Source of the DNA: Erysipelothrix larvae
GTDB taxonomy: Bacteria; Bacillota_I; Bacilli_A; Erysipelotrichales; Erysipelotrichaceae
Direction: 5' to 3'
Length of the DNA stretch: 32,000 bases
Assembly (NCBI RefSeq): GCF_001545095.1
Contig: NZ_CP013213.1
Span: forward strand, 1,890,001-1,922,000
This document shows positions 25,608 to 32,000 of this stretch, piece after piece. The position numbers were made by a program, and so were the translations under genes. Numbering within the stretch: position 1 is the first letter of the stretch; each line of letters starts with the position of its first letter. Under the pieces are notes generated by a model. That model made no database searches. It was not told the origin of the DNA and saw only the letters and a program-made list of their open reading frames with translations.

Positions 25608-27464
25608 TTAGTGTAAAATTATACTAAATTTCGAATTACATATTTTTTTTGTTATTTTTTTTGATACGAGCACCTTATTAATTTTTTCTTTTTTTAAATA
25701 GTGAAGACTCCTATATGATTCTTCAATTGAAATAGTACCTTGAATTTTTATCGAAACAATTAATTGTCCATCTATTATTAAATCAAAGCCATCTTCATTT
25801 ATCTCTACATCACACGGAGTATTGAAAATAATATCACAAGTCCCTGTAGTTCCGGTAATCCAATCCTCCACGAAATAACCATTTTCATTAATTTCGATAA
25901 TTCTTTCATGCTTATAACCATTCTTTGATACCATCTTTCCCTGAAACTTCGAATCGCAAAAAAACACATTTTCTCTTTGAGACCAATCCGTAACTAGAAA
26001 TGTTCCTTTTTTATTCATTTGTTCTACTCCAGGTATTTTCACAGTATTATGACTGATGGTTGATGATAACGTATTGCTCAAATCACTTGCATAAGAATAA
26101 GTTCCACAATCACATAAAACATTTATATCCTTGTGCCATAAATCTATATGTAGTTGATCCATATGAGCGGGTCTGGATTTATAATCTTGCAAGCATGTCA
26201 TTAAATAACTCTGTTTACTTCTTAATACATATATACCTATGTCATCATATGCTATACTTTTATATTCATTGATATCTACAGGTAAATCTAGTGTATCTCC
26301 AAACCACAATAATTCCTCATCATATTCTCCTTTTTCAAATAAGCGTTTCCCTGATATCTGTGAATAAACCGTGTTTAATACGGGCCTAAAATCTCTATAT
26401 TTGCATGATGATAATGGAAATATTAACGCTCCGTCATTTGAGCCATAGTTTGGAACATCTCCTTTGATGTTAGTAACTTGATATAGCAGTAGTACACTTT
26501 TCTTAATTCTGTCTACTTCCTTGATTTGAATCCCTGTTGTATTGCTCACCTTTAGTAATACTTCCAATATTTGTAGGGTAAATCGATGATAGTTAAACGA
26601 GTATTGAGAAAAACCCCCATCCTTTAAGAATTGATTTACAATCTCCTTATCCATCAATTTATATGATGACTTAAGCTTACTATAATTTTCACAACACCAA
26701 GAACCAACAATTAAACCAAAAATCTCTGTAAAGGTATGATTATTTTTAATACATTTGTGAGCATAAAAGAAATTTGATAAAACCTTTTTGTAACTATTTT
26801 CAACAAGATTTGCAATATTCTCCTTATCTCTGACTGATATTAAGTTAAATTCGTTAAAAATAGCGTAAACTATTAATACATTTGTCATTCGTAAGGTAGC
26901 TTCTTGTCCGCATTTATAATTTGAACCATATGAATAAGGATTGTCTCTTAGCCAACTATCAAGTTGACTAGAAAAAGCTTCATAATATTTGTCATTCTTT
27001 GTTAGAATATAAGCCCTTGCAAAATAAAGAAAGTGAGTGAATCTTGATGCTTCCCAAATAACTTTAATATCTCCAACCTTTTTGTCAAAATCAGGTATCT
27101 GGTACCACTTCACATCCCGTCTATTTTCATATCCCGTCAATGGATTTAAGTGCCAATTTATAGGGTTTCCAAAAGCTAAGTCAGACGATGAAAAACCATA
27201 TATAACTCCTTCTATTGCTTTGTCTGCAATGTTGATTATCTCATTTTGCGAGGAAAGGGTAATAGAATCAAGAAACTTTGATATAGCAGGAACATTAAAT
27301 TTAAATAAATCCAATCTTTTTACTTTTGCTTTTGCTTTTCTTTCGAATAGTATTTCAGAAAAAGGTATTAGCTTCATCATTTTGAGTTTACTCGAATATA
27401 GCGTTCTGTTAATTGCCCAAGCAGGACCATATTCATTGATAATTGACCTTATGGGATTACTCAT
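25608..27464 (-). CDS. Heparinase II/III-like family protein (alginate-lyase-like N-domain + Hepar_II_III-like C-domain). No signal peptide or TM segment visible
   Basis: Motifs match my recollection of the family: NWHLNPLTGY.., GDIKVIWEASRFTHFLYFARAY, WLRDNP..GSNYKCGQEATLRM.N, NNHTFTE, FNYHRFTL, AHMDQLHIDLW. The ATG overlaps the upstream GT4 stop (ATGA). wecC starts 15 nt after its stop. Confidence 0.6.
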   Translation of the reverse strand: MSNPIRSIINEYGPAWAINRTLYSSKLKMMKLIPFSEILFERKAKAKVKRLDLFKFNVPAISKFLDSITLSSQNEIINIADKAIEGVIYGFSSSDLAFGNPINWHLNPLTGYENRRDVKWYQIPDFDKKVGDIKVIWEASRFTHFLYFARAYILTKNDKYYEAFSSQLDSWLRDNPYSYGSNYKCGQEATLRMTNVLIVYAIFNEFNLISVRDKENIANLVENSYKKVLSNFFYAHKCIKNNHTFTEIFGLIVGSWCCENYSKLKSSYKLMDKEIVNQFLKDGGFSQYSFNYHRFTLQILEVLLKVSNTTGIQIKEVDRIKKSVLLLYQVTNIKGDVPNYGSNDGALIFPLSSCKYRDFRPVLNTVYSQISGKRLFEKGEYDEELLWFGDTLDLPVDINEYKSIAYDDIGIYVLRSKQSYLMTCLQDYKSRPAHMDQLHIDLWHKDINVLCDCGTYSYASDLSNTLSSTISHNTVKIPGVEQMNKKGTFLVTDWSQRENVFFCDSKFQGKMVSKNGYKHERIIEINENGYFVEDWITGTTGTCDIIFNTPCDVEINEDGFDLIIDGQLIVSIKIQGTISIEESYRSLHYLKKEKINKVLVSKKITKKICNSKFSIILH

Positions 27465-28738
27465 ATTAACTCACGCTCCATAACCGAAATTAATTTCTTT
27501 GTAAGTTCTTCATAATCAAAGTCTCTGGATCCCTTTTGAGCATTATTACTCATTTCTATATATCTCTCCCTTGGCATGCTATAAATTTCGACAATTCCAT
27601 CTGCAAGTGCCTGCGGCGTATCTGTTTCTAAAGTTAGTCCACAATCATATTTGTCTATCGGAGAATACCCCATTTTTACAGTTGATATTATTGGTTTACC
27701 TGAAGCCATGTATTCGAATAATTTGTTAGAGCTATTTCCTCTTGACCAATTATATTTACTCTGTGAATAATTTAGGACATTCACCGAAGACTTACTCAAT
27801 ATACTTGACACATATTTTTTATCAACGTAACCTTTAAGTTTAACGTTATTAATATCTTCGTTTAGAACACGATTACGGAGAAATTCTAATTCATTTCCAT
27901 CTCCGTAAATAAGAAACTGAATATCATCATAATTAGTCAATAACTTAGCTGCATCAATTATATTTCCTACATTGTTCACTGGTCTGATCGCTCCAGCATA
28001 TATAACATTAAATTTATTACTATTGAGATCTTCATCATCATAGTCATTTTTTATTATATTTTCTGAAAAGCTTTTATGATCAACTCCATTATTAATGTAA
28101 TAGCATTTATTTACGTCTATATCTCCACCCTGTGAAGTTGCCCATCCATTTTCAGTGATATAAGAGACATCTCCTTCCTTAAGGAAGATCAAGGCGTCAG
28201 ATTTTTTATAGATCCAACGTTCTCCTCTTAGTAATATTTTTCCAATAAAACTCTCTTTTTTCAGTCTTCCTCCTTGAAAGAAAACCTCTGGCCAAAAGTC
28301 TCTAACTTCACATATACATGGAATACCAGCCTTTTTTGCAACTTTAAGCCCAGCCAACATCGTTAAGGGATGCGGTGAGGAAGCAATTATGATGTCAGGT
28401 TTATCATTATCCTTTATGAGTTGTTTTGTAACTCTTATCAAATTTATATAGTATGAAATCATGTTAAACACTCTTTTTATACCATTACCATTTGAAGAAT
28501 ATGTCTTTATAAATACAAAAGGAACTGCAGCTTCATTATGAGCTAAAGATAAATCTCCATTCTGAATTAAATTCTCTCCCGTATAATGTAAATGTGATGC
28601 GGAAAATATTGTAGAGTTGTATCCAACCTCTGTTAGTTTCATAGAAAACTCGTAAGGTCTAGTAAGTCCACTCATTGTTGGAGGAGTTGCATAATGATGA
28701 AACATCCACACTTTTTTACTATTTACTACTTCTTCCAT
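27461..28738 (-). CDS. Glycosyltransferase GT4 (WbuB-like), the only recognisable GT of locus B
   Basis: N-terminus ..KVWMFHHYATPPTMSGLTRPYEFS..L...GY. C-terminus ..GNSSNKLFEYMASGKPIIST... I prefer ATG 28738 (GGAGG 5 nt upstream) over GTG 28744. Confidence 0.7.
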   Translation of the reverse strand: MEEVVNSKKVWMFHHYATPPTMSGLTRPYEFSMKLTEVGYNSTIFSASHLHYTGENLIQNGDLSLAHNEAAVPFVFIKTYSSNGNGIKRVFNMISYYINLIRVTKQLIKDNDKPDIIIASSPHPLTMLAGLKVAKKAGIPCICEVRDFWPEVFFQGGRLKKESFIGKILLRGERWIYKKSDALIFLKEGDVSYITENGWATSQGGDIDVNKCYYINNGVDHKSFSENIIKNDYDDEDLNSNKFNVIYAGAIRPVNNVGNIIDAAKLLTNYDDIQFLIYGDGNELEFLRNRVLNEDINNVKLKGYVDKKYVSSILSKSSVNVLNYSQSKYNWSRGNSSNKLFEYMASGKPIISTVKMGYSPIDKYDCGLTLETDTPQALADGIVEIYSMPRERYIEMSNNAQKGSRDFDYEELTKKLISVMERELI

Positions 28739-28853
28739 AAACACCTCCGCTAATTTTGTTATATTTATATTTTGCTATATACTCAGTACACTTCATTGCC
28801 CATCTTATATTTATCTTTTCTAATTCCTGATCAGCGTTTCATTCTCTAGCAAA

Positions 28854-29546
28854 TTATCTTGCGCCTTCTCTCATGAATATCACTTTCACTGTTGCAAATA
28901 GTATTTTAATATCTTCCCAGAAACATACATTTTCAATATACTGTAGGTCAAACACTATTTTTTCCTCTGCACTCAGATCATAACCACCATTCACTTGGGC
29001 AAGTCCAGTAATTCCTGGTTGAACCATAAGTCTTTTATTGAAATCAGGAATCGACTCATTAAACTTCTCTGTTAGTACAACAGTTTCTGGGCGTGGTCCT
29101 ACAAAACTCATATCTCCCTTAATTACGTTAATTATTTGTGGTAACTCATCGAGTCTTACTTTTCTAATAACTTTTCCAACTTTTGTAATTCGACAATCAT
29201 CTTTTTCAGTCCACACCATATCTCTTGTTTCGTCTAAAGGTGCGTGTGACATTGTTCGAATTTTATAGATAGTAAATGCTTTCCCATTTTTCCCTGCTCT
29301 TTCTTGCTTGAATAGAATTGGACCTTTTGAATCCAACTTAACAAAAATACCAGTAATAAGAACAACTATAGCGATTGGAACTGAAACCACTAATGATAAT
29401 ACTAAATCCAATATTCTTCTTGCTGATAGGTAAAATGACGTTTTACATTCTTCGCTACAAATAGCATCAATAGATTCTAATAAATCATTAGTGGTATAGT
29501 CTTGTTCAATATATTCACTTTCTAAAACAGTGTTAATTCTATTCAT
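28854..29546 (-). CDS. Small phosphoglycosyl transferase (bacterial sugar transferase family), initiating enzyme of locus B
   Basis: One TM helix, then PILFKQERAGKNGKAFTIYKIRTM, LDELPQIINVIKGDMSFVGPRP, GITGLAQVNG. RBS GAGGAG. It is clearly diverged from the locus A PGT. Confidence 0.85.
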   Translation of the reverse strand: MNRINTVLESEYIEQDYTTNDLLESIDAICSEECKTSFYLSARRILDLVLSLVVSVPIAIVVLITGIFVKLDSKGPILFKQERAGKNGKAFTIYKIRTMSHAPLDETRDMVWTEKDDCRITKVGKVIRKVRLDELPQIINVIKGDMSFVGPRPETVVLTEKFNESIPDFNKRLMVQPGITGLAQVNGGYDLSAEEKIVFDLQYIENVCFWEDIKILFATVKVIFMREGAR

Positions 29547-29584
29547 GTTCTTCTCCTCAGAAACTATTTCTTTAATTTATTTTT

Positions 29585-30337
29585 TTAAAAATAATATCCA
29601 AATATCTTCCTCATATAAGTTGGACCTAGATAATTGACATACTCGTTATTAACAACATTTTTTGAGTTGTTGAGAATCCTTGTACTTTCACCAAGTTTTG
29701 ACATTTTGTCATACTTACTCATTGCAGACTTTATATTTGGTATTCTTTCGTTTAGATTATGTGTATCTGATCCTATTATGTGTATCCAATTATGTTTTGC
29801 ACTTGCTTTGATGAAATTACTATATGTTTTATCAAGTACTGATTCTGCATTCACTTGCATCAATACTCCTTGATTGATTAGATCAACCGGCAATTGTAAA
29901 TTTTCCCTAAAAAAGTCATACCTTTCGAAATGTGCGACTATGGGGATGTACCCCATAACTTGAATTTCACTTAATTGACCTTTTATATTACTAGGCATTG
30001 TCGTTGTCGGGAATTCAATTAGGATATAGTCTGTATTTTCGATAACCAGTTCACTTAAATCCATCTCAATTAATTTTGATGAATAATATACTTCTGCACC
30101 TTTTAGTATCCTAATCTGTCGACTAGTTTTCTTAATAGCATTATTTAGTTCTATATAATTTTCATCGCGTATCTTTAGAAATTCGTTGAGTTCTTGCGTC
30201 AAAGGATTATAGTGAGGAGTTAGCACAACTGTGTGAACTCCCTGTTCAATTTGCAAATCAAGTAAAGCAAGTGACTCTTCAAGATCCTTTGCACCATCAT
30301 CGATACCAAATAGTATATGTGTATGTAAATCAATCAT
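29585..30337 (-). CDS. wzh: PHP-family protein-tyrosine phosphatase (CpsB/Wzh type), locus B
   Basis: MIDLHTHILFGIDDGAK.., TPHYNP, ..IGSDTHN... ATGA overlaps the kinase stop. Confidence 0.9.
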   Translation of the reverse strand: MIDLHTHILFGIDDGAKDLEESLALLDLQIEQGVHTVVLTPHYNPLTQELNEFLKIRDENYIELNNAIKKTSRQIRILKGAEVYYSSKLIEMDLSELVIENTDYILIEFPTTTMPSNIKGQLSEIQVMGYIPIVAHFERYDFFRENLQLPVDLINQGVLMQVNAESVLDKTYSNFIKASAKHNWIHIIGSDTHNLNERIPNIKSAMSKYDKMSKLGESTRILNNSKNVVNNEYVNYLGPTYMRKIFGYYF

Positions 30338-31107
30338 TGTTCAGAGTCATCTCCAGCTCCGTGTCCATAACCATAGCCATAACCGTAACCGTAACCATAA
30401 CGGTATTCATAGCTGCGATAACGTGATAGATTCTTTGAGATACTATAGTCATTCATAACTACTCCCAAGATCTTTGATTCAGTACCACTGAATGCTTTGA
30501 GTGTGCCTTTTACGACTTCTTTCTCAGCATAGTTCTGCTTAACCACAAAGAGCACACCATCAACATAGTTTGACAATACAACGGCATCGGTTACGATTCC
30601 TGCTGGTGGTGTATCCACAATAACCATGTCATATTTTCCGCGAAGTTCATCGAGAACTTTTTTAGTGTGTTCATGAGATAGCAATTCCGAAGCATTGGGT
30701 GGAATCGGACCTGAGAGCATGACATCAATTTCAAGTGCAGGAAACGAATAAATTGCTTCGTTGACTGTGGTTCTACCTGCGATAACAGATGAGAATCCTT
30801 CTTTGACTTTGCTTCTAATTTTTAAGTATTTATGAATCGAAGGAGAACGCATATCACCATCGATGAGTAACACTTTCTTACCGGACATAGACATAATACG
30901 TGCTAAGTTAATAGATACTGAGCTTTTCCCATCACCCATCAGTGCACTCGTCACTAGTATTGTTTTTACTTCACCATTAAATGTGGTAAAGCCTAAGTTT
31001 GTTCTTAAGGAACGATACCCTTCAATAAATTGAAACGGTGATTTTGGATCGATGATATCCGTTTGTGTAGGATGTACTCGTGAAGACTTTCTTTTTTTCT
31101 TACTCAT
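30334..31107 (-). CDS. wze: BY-kinase cytoplasmic subunit (CpsD/Wze type), locus B, with an extended (YG)n tyrosine tail
   Basis: Walker A SALMGDGKSSVS, A' VLLIDGDMR, B MVIVDTPP. The tail is SRYRSYEYRYGYGYGYGYGYGHGAGDDSEQ. TAATG overlaps the wzd stop. Confidence 0.9.
   Translation of the reverse strand: MSKKKRKSSRVHPTQTDIIDPKSPFQFIEGYRSLRTNLGFTTFNGEVKTILVTSALMGDGKSSVSINLARIMSMSGKKVLLIDGDMRSPSIHKYLKIRSKVKEGFSSVIAGRTTVNEAIYSFPALEIDVMLSGPIPPNASELLSHEHTKKVLDELRGKYDMVIVDTPPAGIVTDAVVLSNYVDGVLFVVKQNYAEKEVVKGTLKAFSGTESKILGVVMNDYSISKNLSRYRSYEYRYGYGYGYGYGYGHGAGDDSEQ
30365..30400 (-). repeat. Imperfect hexanucleotide microsatellite, 6 units, encoding (YG)6
   Basis: The plus strand reads ccataa ccatag ccataa ccgtaa ccgtaa ccataa. 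On the coding strand this is TA(T/C)GG(N) x6. Confidence 0.9.
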
Positions 31108-31829
31108 TATTTTCCACCTCTACTAACTTCTTGAATATTTGGAATGATTCCAATAACAGGAACACCTAAGTATCGCTCAATATCATCTGGGGATCTAAAT
31201 GTACGATCCATTAAATGTCTAACTAAAACAATTCCTGCAGACAACATAATTCCAAGTATGCCCGCAATCATTGCATTCATGAGTGTATTTGGGGAAACTG
31301 GTGATGTTGGAACTTGTGGAAGTGAAACAACCCGCACAGACCCTGCTTCAACCATGTCTATAATAATATCCGGTGCTACTTTCACAATTTCATTAACAAA
31401 TTTCTGTGCTAATAGTGGGTCTTCATCTTTGACTGAGACACGAATTACTTGTGTGCTATCTACTGCTGATACGGAAACATTTTTTGCCAGTTGAGATGTA
31501 GTAATTCCTGTATTAGTATTCTCAACCACTGGCCCCATTACCGCATCACTTTTGATAATGATACTGTATACAGTTGCAAGGTTTTTCGCAGACGTGATTT
31601 CATCATTGGTGATGGAATCATCACTTGTATCTCTTCGATTATTTACAATAAGCGTAGCTGTGCTTTGATACATTGGTGCAATTAGAAACTTTGTCCCTAA
31701 GTAGCCGACCATTGAAAACACAATCCCTACTGCCACAATCATTAATAAGTAAGGTTTGAATATTTCATAGAGTTCACGGATGCTTATTTCATCCTCTTGT
31801 ATAAATTCAACGTTGTTATTTTGGTTCAC
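31107..31829 (-). CDS. wzd: Chain-length regulator / BY-kinase activator (CpsC/Wzd, Wzz family), locus B
   Basis: Two TM helices flank the Wzz loop (ATLIVNN.., VSVSAVDSTQVIRVSV). GTG start with GGAGGG 5 nt upstream. It is the first gene of locus B. Confidence 0.88.
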   Translation of the reverse strand: MNQNNNVEFIQEDEISIRELYEIFKPYLLMIVAVGIVFSMVGYLGTKFLIAPMYQSTATLIVNNRRDTSDDSITNDEITSAKNLATVYSIIIKSDAVMGPVVENTNTGITTSQLAKNVSVSAVDSTQVIRVSVKDEDPLLAQKFVNEIVKVAPDIIIDMVEAGSVRVVSLPQVPTSPVSPNTLMNAMIAGILGIMLSAGIVLVRHLMDRTFRSPDDIERYLGVPVIGIIPNIQEVSRGGK

Positions 31830-31834
31830 TTTAT

Positions 31835-31840
31835 CCCTCC
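31835..31840 (-). promoter_or_regulatory. Shine-Dalgarno GGAGGG, 5-nt spacer, GTG start of wzd-B
   Basis: The minus strand reads atcGGAGGGataaaGTGaaccaa. The geometry is the same as for wzd-A. Confidence 0.7.
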
Positions 31841-32000
31841 GATTCCTGATAAAACATATCGATACTTAATGAGCTTAAAATCCCTAAATGTACTAAAAAT
31901 GGCGCAATAAACTTGAGATGCACCACTACAAACATTCTTTAAATCAGTGTCTTTTAGTATGTATTTTAAACTCATTAAATACTTATGTTATCAGTATTGT

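Noticed and set aside
6993-31685. Numerous 60-150 aa ORFs nested in or antisense to the capsule genes. Examples: 6993..7196, 7827..8036, 8999..9256, 10986..11201, 13259..13642, 15987..16346, 26060..26272, 27037..27483, 29038..29268, 31144..31494.
   Set aside because: Each lies fully within a longer ORF that has clear family motifs, an RBS and operon-consistent spacing. None has its own RBS or a recognisable domain.

Overview
AT-rich segment that looks like a low-GC Gram-positive (Bacillota-like) chromosome. Nearly all of it is cell-envelope glycobiology.

(1) nt 2-1993 (+): the 3' part of a large wall-anchored surface protein. It has Listeria-Bacteroides-type repeats, a Pro-rich 33-bp tandem repeat region and an LPRSG sorting signal. 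Two hairpin terminators follow it.

(2) Capsule/EPS locus A, nt 16771->2408 (- strand). Gene order is wzd-wze-wzh, CapD/PglF-like 4,6-dehydratase, DegT-type aminotransferase, small PglC-like phosphoglycosyl transferase, WecD-like GNAT, three glycosyltransferases, Wzy, then UDP-ManNAc dehydrogenase and UDP-GlcNAc 2-epimerase.

(3) A ~3.8 kb non-coding or decayed spacer (16772-20546). It holds a degenerate IS21-family element (istA and istB pseudogenes) and other repeat debris.

(4) Capsule/EPS locus B, nt 31829->20547 (- strand). It has a second, diverged wzd-wze-wzh module and a different small phosphoglycosyl transferase. It also has a single GT4, a heparinase II/III-like protein, a second wecC-wecB pair, a polysaccharide pyruvyl transferase and a second Wzy.

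I recognised no rRNA, tRNA or CRISPR array. TGA is used as a normal stop, so the standard bacterial code applies.

The points most worth follow-up:
- the cytoplasmic heparinase-like protein, which is translationally coupled inside the minimal locus B
- the absence of any Wzx flippase in two Wzy-type loci
- the (YG)6 microsatellite-encoded tyrosine tail of kinase B
- the mobile-element relics between the loci

All family assignments come from motif recognition by eye. No database search was run.
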